64,000 bases of DNA from a virus. Its lineage: Duplodnaviria > Heunggongvirae > Uroviricota > Caudoviricetes. Positions within the stretch are counted from its first letter, which is position 1. Every line of letters starts with the position of its first letter. Where the stretch lies: the IMG/VR virus record IMGVR_UViG_3300042934_000212. The stretch is one strand, 5' to 3'. The position numbers were made by a program, and so were the translations under genes. The notes beneath the pieces were generated by a model. That model saw only the letters and a list, made by a program, of their open reading frames with translations. It searched no databases and was not told the origin of the DNA. This document shows, piece by piece, positions 1 to 8,708 of this stretch.

Positions 1-247
1 TATCATACTGCTCAATCATTTGCAAGGCTACGGCAGCAACTTGTACCAATTCTTCACGTGCTGTGCCAGCATGGGAGCCACCAAATTCATCATGAAGAAT
101 CGCTTGACAAACTTCGCCAACTTCTTCACCTAAAATTGCCTGCCACACGAAAGGATGCTGATTGCGGTCGGCACCCCATAATTCATCTTGCCTGTTCATT
201 TCACCGATAACATCGAACATAGCATTAGTACTTGCATGATCTTTCAT
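1..247 (-). CDS. MazG-like NTP pyrophosphohydrolase, N-terminal part (gene continues beyond window start)
   Basis: ATG at 247-245 preceded by AGGGA SD. Translation MKDHASTNAMFDVIGEMNRQDELWGADRNQ...ILGEEVGEVCQAIL...REELVQVAAVAL shows the EExGE / ExxQ all-alpha NTP-PPase signature. Not in ORF track because truncated by window edge. Confidence 0.45.
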   Translation of the reverse strand, partial: MKDHASTNAMFDVIGEMNRQDELWGADRNQHPFVWQAILGEEVGEVCQAILHDEFGGSHAGTAREELVQVAAVALQMIEQYD

Positions 248-248
248 A

Positions 249-569
249 TTAAATCCCTTTATTGAATGCACTGGAACGTTGAGAACGCCCCGCAGGTACA
301 AAATTCCAGTACCTGTCTTTGCAGTTATTCTTTTTATGTGTTCTTGCATTTGAGCAGAACATCTTATTATATGTATTCTTTACAAATGCTTTATTACAAA
401 ACGGACAACGAATAGTGGCACCAGTTTCTGCATTAGTTGCAAGTACATATCGCTCTCGCATATCAGAACGTTTGTTCTCAATATCCCAAAAACGTTGCTC
501 AGCTTCTTGTTCTTCGAAATGATCGTCAGCTAAGCCGCCCCAATCTTCGTTATCCATTCCATAACCCAT
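249..569 (-). CDS. hypothetical zinc-ribbon protein
   Basis: 106-aa ORF with CPFCNK...C...C cysteine cluster; acidic N-terminus. Packed between two MazG-like genes. Confidence 0.4.
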   Translation of the reverse strand: MGYGMDNEDWGGLADDHFEEQEAEQRFWDIENKRSDMRERYVLATNAETGATIRCPFCNKAFVKNTYNKMFCSNARTHKKNNCKDRYWNFVPAGRSQRSSAFNKGI

Positions 570-570
570 A

Positions 571-1392
571 TTACTTCCCTACTACAGTACGCCATTTTTG
601 TAGTTTAATGTTCATATAACTAATGAACTTATCTTCAATTTCAGATGCAGTTAAACCCGGATGCTGCAAAGCAAACATATCCATAGCACAAATTGCAAGA
701 TCCACTGCTTCACCAGCAACACCATCTTTTCCAGGTTCTTTATAAGATAGTCCTGTTTCGATTTGTTCTTCTAGTGATAGCTCTCCTAGTTCTTCCATGC
801 ACTTTTTAAGTACATAATCATTTGTACGATATGCATCAGAATTAATTGGTCCAAGTTCAACTGATAGTTCAAACATAGCTGATAGTGAAGGTGCTGATTC
901 ACTGTCACTATCACAACCGTATTCATCTTCTTCTTCAGTTGTTTGGTTTTTTGACCAAATTTGCGTTTTATAATAACGCTGGAATGCTTCTTGTTCTTCC
1001 ATTGTTAGAAGCTTTACAAGATGATCAATTTCATTTTCATCGTACTTATTAAAAATTGAATACACCAAGTTACCAGTTGCGATGAAACTAATTTCAGAAT
1101 CAATACCTTCATTCCAAAATACTGCTAAGCGTGAACATAGTGAAAGTGCAGAACCAAGTTCAGTTAGCTTAATGAAGTGAATGACATTAATTTCATCCAT
1201 TTCATGAATATCATAACTGATGATCAAACCATTAAGTAGTAGCTGCTGAATAACAACACCATCGTACTTACTGAATCCTAAACATTCATCTGCTTGAAAT
1301 TGAACACCAACAGAAGATAGATTACCCGCCATTTCCTTCAGTAATTCACGTGCTTGCATGGTTTGCTGAACATCCAATTTAATATTTTGCAT
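571..1392 (-). CDS. hypothetical protein with C-terminal MazG-like NTP-PPase domain
   Basis: 273 aa. C-terminal MEELGELSLEEQ...GEAVDLAICAMDMFAL resembles the MazG/HisE EExGE...D motif. The N-terminal 150 aa is unassigned. Confidence 0.4.
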   Translation of the reverse strand: MQNIKLDVQQTMQARELLKEMAGNLSSVGVQFQADECLGFSKYDGVVIQQLLLNGLIISYDIHEMDEINVIHFIKLTELGSALSLCSRLAVFWNEGIDSEISFIATGNLVYSIFNKYDENEIDHLVKLLTMEEQEAFQRYYKTQIWSKNQTTEEEDEYGCDSDSESAPSLSAMFELSVELGPINSDAYRTNDYVLKKCMEELGELSLEEQIETGLSYKEPGKDGVAGEAVDLAICAMDMFALQHPGLTASEIEDKFISYMNIKLQKWRTVVGK

Positions 1393-1419
1393 TTTGTACC
1401 TATAAAAGAAAAGGAAGCC

Positions 1420-1977
1420 TTAGCTTCCTTTGTGTTGACGTTTGCGTTTGGTGCAATCTTTCCATGAAAGACTGCGACGAGCCATAATGTCATCCCACGG
1501 ATTAGGGATGCAGCGACGGCGACCGCGAAATTCTGGTTCACCTTCTTCTTTAACTACCCCAGCAATAGCCCTGCGTTCAGCAATAGTTTCCATACAACGA
1601 TCATATGTAGTACTGTGACTTTTGCGACCATGACGGGAACGGTACTGTAAGTATGTTTGACCCCGACGCATGTACCAATAAGATACTCCAGCTTTTTCAA
1701 GCTCTTTGCGACCTTCGGCAAAGTACTCATTCTTGAAAAGCTCTGGAGAAACCATAACATTGTTTTTAGTGTACAAAAAGAATGTTTGGGTTACATCAGT
1801 ATTGCGGTAGTAAGACCAACGTCCAAATTCACGTTCGTACTTACAAAGCCACTTCATGCGATAATAGAACTCTTGAACGCCACCATGAAAGTTTCCATGA
1901 ATCCACTCTAAGAGATTATCAGTCTCAATTACTTTACCATCGTCAAAAAAGATTTTGAATTTTTGTTTAAAGAACAT
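1420..1977 (-). CDS. hypothetical protein (basic C-terminus)
   Basis: 185-aa ORF, W/Y-rich with R/K-rich tail. Terminator-like hairpin downstream at ~1400-1425. No family recognised. Confidence 0.4.
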   Translation of the reverse strand: MFFKQKFKIFFDDGKVIETDNLLEWIHGNFHGGVQEFYYRMKWLCKYEREFGRWSYYRNTDVTQTFFLYTKNNVMVSPELFKNEYFAEGRKELEKAGVSYWYMRRGQTYLQYRSRHGRKSHSTTYDRCMETIAERRAIAGVVKEEGEPEFRGRRRCIPNPWDDIMARRSLSWKDCTKRKRQHKGS

Positions 1978-2180
1978 ATTTTTCTCCTATTATATTAACT
2001 TCATAATCGGAAAGTCATACGCCCCTTTATTAATGTGATCATGTTACTCCTTAACAAATATAAGCCCAATAACCAAAGGCTCCAATTGCAGCAAGTACTA
2101 ATAGGATGATAAGAATTGTACATCCAGTAGCACTCATTGCTATTAATTCAATTACAATCTCAAGGATTGCAAAAATGATT

Positions 2181-2369
2181 TCACCCACTGATAGCTCCAA
2201 TTGGGAAGTTCCAGATAATGGCTACAAAACCAAAGGTGAATGTGATAATGAAAAGACCATTTTCAATAATCATATCTTTAGTTGGTTCACGTTTAATGCA
2301 GAAAGCACTATAAACAATCATGCTCAACAAGATTACTAATGCAATTACACAAAGAATAATATCAGTCAT
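2181..2369 (-). CDS. small membrane protein
   Basis: 62 aa, two hydrophobic helices. Coupled to upstream small TM ORF. Confidence 0.35.
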   Translation of the reverse strand: MTDIILCVIALVILLSMIVYSAFCIKREPTKDMIIENGLFIITFTFGFVAIIWNFPIGAISG

Positions 2370-2370
2370 T

Positions 2371-2568
2371 TTATTTTACCACGAAGTAGAATGGAGCATT
2401 ATTATATGCCAACCAAAAACAAATTCCAGCAGCAGCGAATTGCACAATTGGCATCCACCATCCACCACCACCGAAAGCCATAATCATTTTTGAAACGATC
2501 AATCCAGCTAACGTCATTCCTAAACCGACAACAATTAGTACGATGAAACCAATCCAAACGAGAATCAT
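2371..2568 (-). CDS. small membrane protein
   Basis: 65 aa, two TM helices and a GGGGWW motif. Start overlaps the stop of 2565..3269 (ATGA). Confidence 0.4.
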   Translation of the reverse strand: MILVWIGFIVLIVVGLGMTLAGLIVSKMIMAFGGGGWWMPIVQFAAAGICFWLAYNNAPFYFVVK

Positions 2569-3269
2569 TTTTCTACCTTTTTAGGAAAGTCTATACGAAA
2601 TTGTGTCATTAATGAGTTGTGTAAAGGTTTAAACATCTCAATCAACTGTGTACAACGTTCTTCAATTGTACCAGTAGTTTCATCATAATTAGTGATGATC
2701 AAGTTATGAATTTCGTTTAGAGTTAAAATATCAACTTCTTTATCAGTTACATCGTACTGTTCTTTTAAATAGAACCATTTAGCGTACAATGGAAACTTAA
2801 ATGCGTGATAAAGATTCTTTAGTCCTAGTACTTTATCGTAGTCAGCTTCAATTTGCAACTTCTTTTTACCTTTATCAAAGGCTTTTGAAGTAATGGAACT
2901 GATACAAGAACGTACTTCATGTAGTTCTTTATTGTAGAATGCATCATCAATGTCTTTCATGATGGCTGGGTTGCCAATACACATGAAGTACTTTGGCTGC
3001 ATACTATTAAGTTCTGCTTCAAATGAACTACGTTGTAGGAATTCGACGTTAATCGTCAAACCCGTAAAGCCCAAATAGAAGGACTTGTGACGCGGCTCAG
3101 GAGGTGCTTCATCAGTGACAATAGTCACATCAATATCATTAGGAACAACGTCAAAACCGTGCATACGCTCGATATATGAGCCATAAATGATGATGTTATG
3201 AAACCCTAATTCGTTAAAGTACTCATAGATGTGGTCAACTACGAACTGTTCCGCTTCGGTAATTTTCAT
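2565..3269 (-). CDS. putative nucleotidyltransferase (Pol-beta superfamily minimal NTase fold)
   Basis: 234 aa. IIIYGSYIERMHGFDVVPNDIDVTIV matches the hG[GS]-x9-13-DhD NTase signature. Followed by two small TM proteins. Confidence 0.4.
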   Translation of the reverse strand: MKITEAEQFVVDHIYEYFNELGFHNIIIYGSYIERMHGFDVVPNDIDVTIVTDEAPPEPRHKSFYLGFTGLTINVEFLQRSSFEAELNSMQPKYFMCIGNPAIMKDIDDAFYNKELHEVRSCISSITSKAFDKGKKKLQIEADYDKVLGLKNLYHAFKFPLYAKWFYLKEQYDVTDKEVDILTLNEIHNLIITNYDETTGTIEERCTQLIEMFKPLHNSLMTQFRIDFPKKVEK

Positions 3270-3636
3270 TTTATTTTATTTTTCCAATAAAAAAGGCCAC
3301 ATTGCGTGGCCTAATAAAGAAAAATAAACAACATGGAGTCAAATATTGTTATTATTATGACTTATTTATGCTGTTTATAATCATCAAGGCCAGAAATGGA
3401 AAGCCATTCTGTGGGTTAATATCGATATTATACCACAATTTATTTTTTTGTTTCAAGAATTTTTTTAAGATTCTCACAGAGAGTGTGCATCTCGTGTTGT
3501 AAACCGTAGTTAATTTTCGAGTAATAATTAATCCACAACCACCTTTTGACGACATACAAAGTAGTGTAGACTTGTTTACCGTCGCCAGTTTGTTTGTCAT
3601 CCTCAGTAAAGTATGCAATAATCTTTGACTTAAACA

Positions 3637-4056
3637 TTACTCAAATCCGATAGAACAGATGCGATCAATCTTATCACCATCGAATGGAACTACATCAATT
3701 GAAATAATTTCAAGACCCGTAACAGTTTCGTCTGGTAGTAATGTAACAGTACCTTTAAGGCTGAACATTAGCTTAACATCACTCGCTAATTCTTTTACCT
3801 TTTTACCGTTGATGGTATCAATAACTTTAACTTCAGCATAAACAGTTTCATCTTGAACATAAAGACTAGTCACTACACCACCGATATTATCAAGATTAAC
3901 TTGAATAGTACGTTCAAGTGGTAGAAACTCTGATAGTTTTGTTGGTTTGTTATTGAATTTTTCGATAGCTGCTAGAGTAGATTCTCTGTCATAGATTCTA
4001 CCGTTTGCATTTGGTTTATCAAGGTAAAGTACTTTACCAGTTATCATAGTATCCAT
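3637..4056 (-). CDS. hypothetical protein
   Basis: 139-aa ORF with predicted beta-rich sequence (ANGRIY motif). No confident family. Confidence 0.4.
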   Translation of the reverse strand: MDTMITGKVLYLDKPNANGRIYDRESTLAAIEKFNNKPTKLSEFLPLERTIQVNLDNIGGVVTSLYVQDETVYAEVKVIDTINGKKVKELASDVKLMFSLKGTVTLLPDETVTGLEIISIDVVPFDGDKIDRICSIGFE

Positions 4057-4057
4057 G

Positions 4058-4300
4058 TTATTCCTTATATTTTGAACACAGTTGTCTTAACTTACTATTC
4101 AATTCTTCCGATGTACTGGCTGTAATTGAACCTATCTTTTTTGATTCAGATATTGTTCCCATTCGCACATCGAATTCATGATTATCAAATGAATCAACAA
4201 ACACGTACTTATTACTTGTGGTTGATTTAAATGAAGCAGAGTTATGTTCAATGCACATATCAAATTTAAACATTATTTTCTCAATTAAAAAGGGGAACAT
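4058..4300 (-). CDS. hypothetical small protein
   Basis: 80-aa ORF immediately downstream of 3637..4056 and upstream of a terminator. Confidence 0.35.
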   Translation of the reverse strand: MFPFLIEKIMFKFDMCIEHNSASFKSTTSNKYVFVDSFDNHEFDVRMGTISESKKIGSITASTSEELNSKLRQLCSKYKE

Positions 4301-4312
4301 AAAGTTCCCCTA
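4284..4312 (-). terminator. intrinsic terminator after phoH
   Basis: GGGGAAC-ataaa-GTTCCCC hairpin (4293-4310) followed on minus strand by a T-run (plus-strand A-run 4286-4292). Lies directly 3' of the phoH stop at 4317. Confidence 0.6.
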
Positions 4313-4316
4313 AGTG

Positions 4317-5744
4317 TTATAGATTTTCTTCTGCAAATGCTGCTAGTGGTGAACGTACTACACCTTCTAGCTCAATAATGCGACAACCTTCCCAATCTTT
4401 AAACTTCTCAGTTACATAAGTTAGACCAGAGTTGGTCGGACTGATAAACTTGTTATCGATCTGAGATAAGTTACCCATGATGATTACTTTACAGTTTTCA
4501 CCTGCACGAGTAAGAATAGTCTTAGCCTGTGCTGGAGTAATGTTCTGGAATTCATCAACAATAAGAATCGTGTTAATGAAACTACGACCACGTACAAAGT
4601 TCAATGCTTTAAACTGGAAGACATTACGTTTCATAATTTCTTCGATTGAGCCTTGTGGGTTCGCATCATCTTTATGCAAGTACTCTAGTGCATCGATTGC
4701 AGCACCACAGAATGGCATAACCTTTTCCATTTCAGAACCTGGTAAGAAACCAATTTCCTCGAATTGAGAATCCTGAGTTTTGGAGAAGATGATACGGTCG
4801 TATTTCTTCTTCTCTAGAATAAGTTCTAGTGAAGTTGCAATAGTAATTAATGTTTTACCTGTACCTGCTGAACCAAGTAGTACTGTAATATGTACGTCCT
4901 TGTCCATGATACTATTAATTGCCATCGCCTGTTGAATGTTCTTGGCTTTAATTCCCCAAACTTTACGAGCTAATGATTTTGATTGACCAACTTCGGTAAA
5001 ACAAATCATATCACGATCATCATCTTGATCTAGTACTGAAGCATAACCTTCAAATACGAATAGACCATCTGCTTCGTCATAGATGTAGTCACCAATACAT
5101 ACATTCGCAGGTAGAAGATGTTTAACATTTTCTTCTGGAATAAAGTGAGTTAGTTTCTGACCATCTTGATTAGCGTAAGAATCATCACCAACTTGTTCCC
5201 AAAAATCGCCATCAATTGCATGGTGACCAGTATGGATTAGGTCGGAATCTTCGATTGTTACATCATGACGATAATCCTGAACTTCAACACCATAAGCTAG
5301 TGCTTTGATACGCATGTTAATATCACGAGTAACAAGTACAGCTTGAGATAGTCGAGCAACTAGAATAATCTTGTCATCTGGAACAGTACTTTTAACTAGA
5401 GTATCAAGCTTATCATCATAGTTTTCACTTAGATGTGCAATTGCCTGTAGTTCTTCAACTGTAAGTACAAATAACTTAGTTTCAGGATTGATGTGAGGGT
5501 GGGATTTAAAAACTTCAACACCAGTAGTTGAAATTTCTTCGTGAGTTGCGTTTTCAAGAATGGTACTGATATTGCGAATTGCAACACGAGCATCACGTGA
5601 AATATCAACTTTACGACTCTTGATGGAATCTAATTCTTCTAGAACTGTGAATGGAAGAATTACATGTGCTCCTTCAAATGCTAGGACTGCATGTGGATCA
5701 CCAAGAATCACGTTTGTGTCAAGAACATATTTTTTCATAAACAT
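4317..5744 (-). CDS. phoH: PhoH-like ATPase with N-terminal PIN domain
   Basis: 475 aa. N-terminal YVLDTNVIL..D PIN-like motif. Walker A GSAGTGKTLIT and PhoH core (ILIVDEFQN, GRSF). PhoH is common in T4-like phages. Confidence 0.85.
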   Translation of the reverse strand: MFMKKYVLDTNVILGDPHAVLAFEGAHVILPFTVLEELDSIKSRKVDISRDARVAIRNISTILENATHEEISTTGVEVFKSHPHINPETKLFVLTVEELQAIAHLSENYDDKLDTLVKSTVPDDKIILVARLSQAVLVTRDINMRIKALAYGVEVQDYRHDVTIEDSDLIHTGHHAIDGDFWEQVGDDSYANQDGQKLTHFIPEENVKHLLPANVCIGDYIYDEADGLFVFEGYASVLDQDDDRDMICFTEVGQSKSLARKVWGIKAKNIQQAMAINSIMDKDVHITVLLGSAGTGKTLITIATSLELILEKKKYDRIIFSKTQDSQFEEIGFLPGSEMEKVMPFCGAAIDALEYLHKDDANPQGSIEEIMKRNVFQFKALNFVRGRSFINTILIVDEFQNITPAQAKTILTRAGENCKVIIMGNLSQIDNKFISPTNSGLTYVTEKFKDWEGCRIIELEGVVRSPLAAFAEENL

Positions 5745-5807
5745 CCTTTTTTGTTTGTGTTAAAACACTTTGTTTTCCTAACAGTATTTAATGTTCCTTA
5801 TAGACTG

Positions 5808-6107
5808 TTAGTTTTGGCTGGGTTCATAGTTTACGTAGCAACGATTACCTTTCGCTTCTTCGTACCAGCATTCCTGATAAACCAATTGACCTAAGCTAAC
5901 TGGTTTATCAGTGGAACCGTACTTTAGTTCGTTGTTTTTGTCAGTATATTGATATGAACATTCATTATCCTTACACTGACCAAGTGCAACAACTTTACCG
6001 ACATTGTACGTAACATTGGTATGTTCACCACTTGGTATTTGCATTAAACCATAAAGCATACCAGTGAATAATGTAGCATACACAACAGACGCAATGATAC
6101 GTTTCAT
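5808..6107 (-). CDS. secreted/periplasmic small protein
   Basis: 99 aa. N-terminal signal peptide MKRIIASVVYATLFTGMLYG. Cysteine pairs suggest disulfides. Confidence 0.45.
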   Translation of the reverse strand: MKRIIASVVYATLFTGMLYGLMQIPSGEHTNVTYNVGKVVALGQCKDNECSYQYTDKNNELKYGSTDKPVSLGQLVYQECWYEEAKGNRCYVNYEPSQN

Positions 6108-6110
6108 TAC

Positions 6111-7016
6111 TTACAAACTCCGAATAAAGTTAAAGGCGTTTTCTAGGTACGAAGTGATATTTTTCGCACCAACTGGATTTGCACTATGAACATTATAGGC
6201 AAATGGTTTAGCAATCTGATTATCCATCATGTATTCCACTAGGAATTTACAGAAGGTATAACCAGTTTCCTCATTTTCATTTTCAGTATCACCCAAATCA
6301 TGATCGAATGATACGAAGTTTGGTAGACCATGTTTCTGTACATAATCTACTGCTTCCCGATATGTCCTGCAAACTACAAACGGCTCATCTGGATAGTACT
6401 TCTCTACTTCACGTAGATCATCCAAGAACATTTTATAACCCTGCTCAGTCTTATCATCACCAACGTAGTTGATTAGCAGTTCTTCATCTTGAACCAATTG
6501 AAGTAGTTCAAGTTTTGCAGTACCAATGAAGTTCTGTTCGATTAGAGTATTCCATCCACATTCTACCTTGTTACCTTTTAGGTAACGGCAGATATGCAAT
6601 AAGTTAACTCCAGCATTTTCTGCTCCGAAATGCTCTCCATTAACTGCATTATTACGAATTTCAAGAAGTTCATCATAAGATACTTCAAGAGAAAACGAAT
6701 GATTGTGTGATGAAGTTGCAATATTTTTATAACTTGCCAATGGCTTCAAACGCTCAATCGGTAAGTTATATGCAATTTCTTCTTGTGCTTCACGCTGTAC
6801 TGCAATCTCCAGACTAGGGTCGTCGGATTCAACCAAACCACCAACTGCACCCATCAGACCATCATAGCGAAGTTCTGAAAGTACTAAACTCACATTCGGA
6901 ATATCGTTATAAGGATAGTTCTTGTATGGTGTGCAGTTCTTTGCATAAATCCAAACAAACACACAATCATAACGTGCAGAACGCTCACCGAACGGAATTG
7001 CTTCGTAGAGATTCAC
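6111..7016 (-). CDS. Nudix hydrolase with C-terminal uncharacterised domain
   Basis: GTG start at 7016-7014 (read from sequence). Nudix box GGLVESDDPSLEIAVQREAQEEIAY fits G-x5-E-x7-REUxEExGU. A ~120-aa C-terminal domain with DHDLGD motif is unassigned. Confidence 0.7.
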   Translation of the reverse strand: MNLYEAIPFGERSARYDCVFVWIYAKNCTPYKNYPYNDIPNVSLVLSELRYDGLMGAVGGLVESDDPSLEIAVQREAQEEIAYNLPIERLKPLASYKNIATSSHNHSFSLEVSYDELLEIRNNAVNGEHFGAENAGVNLLHICRYLKGNKVECGWNTLIEQNFIGTAKLELLQLVQDEELLINYVGDDKTEQGYKMFLDDLREVEKYYPDEPFVVCRTYREAVDYVQKHGLPNFVSFDHDLGDTENENEETGYTFCKFLVEYMMDNQIAKPFAYNVHSANPVGAKNITSYLENAFNFIRSL

Positions 7017-7018
7017 AA

Positions 7019-7798
7019 TTACACCATTTCCTGTACGCCCATACGAGCGGTAATATAATCTTCAAGAGTGCCAAGTACATCAGTCACTGGACTGTAAAGA
7101 TTGTAGTTAAATTTGTCGTCGTTATCATGCGGCTCTGGATTGATGTTCACAGTTTGTGAAGCAGTTGCCAGACCAGCATAGACCGACCACGGAATTACGG
7201 TGTCAGATGAACCGATAATAATAAAGGTATCACGAGCACGAGCACTGTCTAGTACTTTGTAAAGGTCATCGTAAATTGGTTTACGAACACCATCACTGAA
7301 CCAGAATGTCTCACCGAACATAACAATGTTAGGTTTAGAGAAAACTTTAGCTGGTGGTTCGAAGTCAGTATATCCAATCTCATGAACTTCATAGTCAGGA
7401 GAGTTTACTGAGAACGGACTGATTACTTCAGTCAGGCGACCATGTACGTGCATCGCAGTGCCGCCAGCACGTTCAACTAAGTCATCAACGTTAGCGGTGA
7501 TGTGCATTACACGATCATCACCATACAATTGTTGCATACGTGCAATGAACTCGTGACCTGCATTCGGTTCATAATTCTGAAGACCACGACGCATCTTGTT
7601 ATAGAATGCATGTACTGCATCATAGTGAGTAGGGAAGTGTGCAATATTGCAAACAATATCTACACTTACGTTATCCCACAAACCTTCGCCAGCGGCGTCA
7701 CGGAAAGTTGGAATACCAGATTCCTTCGACAGACCAGCACCAGTACAGAAAATCAGTCGCGGTGATTCATCATTATTCAAAAAACTATCGAGATTCAT
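7019..7798 (-). CDS. Sir2-family NAD+-dependent protein deacylase (sirtuin)
   Basis: 259 aa. GAGLSKESGIPTFRD is the canonical sirtuin NAD-binding motif. ATG at 7798-7796 verified. Confidence 0.8.
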   Translation of the reverse strand: MNLDSFLNNDESPRLIFCTGAGLSKESGIPTFRDAAGEGLWDNVSVDIVCNIAHFPTHYDAVHAFYNKMRRGLQNYEPNAGHEFIARMQQLYGDDRVMHITANVDDLVERAGGTAMHVHGRLTEVISPFSVNSPDYEVHEIGYTDFEPPAKVFSKPNIVMFGETFWFSDGVRKPIYDDLYKVLDSARARDTFIIIGSSDTVIPWSVYAGLATASQTVNINPEPHDNDDKFNYNLYSPVTDVLGTLEDYITARMGVQEMV

Positions 7799-7806
7799 TG
7801 TTTACC

Positions 7807-8025
7807 TTAAAGATGTGAAAAGTACAAACGGCAACCACATTTAGGACATGCGGGTTCCCTGATATAATATCCGTCAGTGCCAGGTACTGTACGGGGTGCG
7901 TCCTTAATTATATACGAACCGAAGCACTTAATGCAAGTAACTTCTTTATTTGCGAGTGGATGATCATCAACCCAATCGCCATTATACAGCCATTTTTGAT
8001 GTTCAGTTAAATCGCCGTGCTTCAT
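7807..8025 (-). CDS. small zinc-ribbon protein
   Basis: 72 aa with CIKC...CPKCGC motifs. Confidence 0.4.
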   Translation of the reverse strand: MKHGDLTEHQKWLYNGDWVDDHPLANKEVTCIKCFGSYIIKDAPRTVPGTDGYYIREPACPKCGCRLYFSHL

Positions 8026-8036
8026 ACTCAGCTCAC

Positions 8037-8483
8037 TTAAACAGTAGTTTTATTGACCTCATTCCCAAAAATTAATTCTTCTGGTAATACGCCAAGTTTA
8101 TAGATGAGTTCAATAAGATCTTCATCCGTGTCTTTTGGTTGGTATACAATGCTCATGTGACATTTTAATTTTGGAAACTTATGTGTGTAACCAGCATTTA
8201 CCAATTCTTTATGACGCTGTTCAATCTCTGGTGAATCTAGAAGAAGTACTATTGCTTCCCATTCTCCACCAGGTTTCCCCAACCTTTCAATTCCAGTAAT
8301 CTTCGCTTTATACGTACTATCATTTTTAAGTAGTTTGATTGAAGGGTTACTTTCATCTTGCATAACAGTAACATGAAACTTCGCTGCTGTCAAGCAGTCA
8401 ATGCCTGCTAATTTAAATATTTTGTGTATTTCCTTTGCTTGAACCGTGTCAAGCTTTAGACTGACGTATCCTTTCCCAGCCAT
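8037..8483 (-). CDS. acb1: 2H phosphoesterase, Acb1-like (candidate anti-CBASS cyclic-oligonucleotide nuclease)
   Basis: Two H-x-T/S motifs (FHVTV and CHMSIV) ~72 aa apart define a 2H/LigT-fold phosphoesterase. Length ~148-151 aa and His spacing match what I recall for T4 Acb1 (57B). Second in-frame ATG at 8483 has better AAGGA SD spacing than the ATG at 8492. Confidence 0.5.
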   Translation of the reverse strand: MAGKGYVSLKLDTVQAKEIHKIFKLAGIDCLTAAKFHVTVMQDESNPSIKLLKNDSTYKAKITGIERLGKPGGEWEAIVLLLDSPEIEQRHKELVNAGYTHKFPKLKCHMSIVYQPKDTDEDLIELIYKLGVLPEELIFGNEVNKTTV

Positions 8484-8494
8484 AATGTGCATCC

Positions 8495-8689
8495 TTACAT
8501 AGTTAAAATTAAATAACCCAATATAGATACAAACGTTCCAGCTACTATTCCTAAGAAACTAGCTGCACAAATATAAAGTACTTTTTTACTTTTCTTAGCA
8601 TCTTTGTATTTTACTTTGTATTCGCAATATGTAAGCCAAAGTAAAATGGCATACGCAACGATAGACATAATCAGTATTGTGGTTAACAT
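8495..8689 (-). CDS. small membrane protein
   Basis: 64 aa, two TM helices. Confidence 0.35.
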   Translation of the reverse strand: MLTTILIMSIVAYAILLWLTYCEYKVKYKDAKKSKKVLYICAASFLGIVAGTFVSILGYLILTM

Positions 8690-8708
8690 ATTTAATGCTC
8701 CGTCTAAA

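Noticed and set aside
3637-4056. Assignment of 3637..4056 as a head/scaffold-related protein based on the ANGRIY motif
   Set aside because: Motif recollection too vague and context (phoH, small early genes) is not a structural module.
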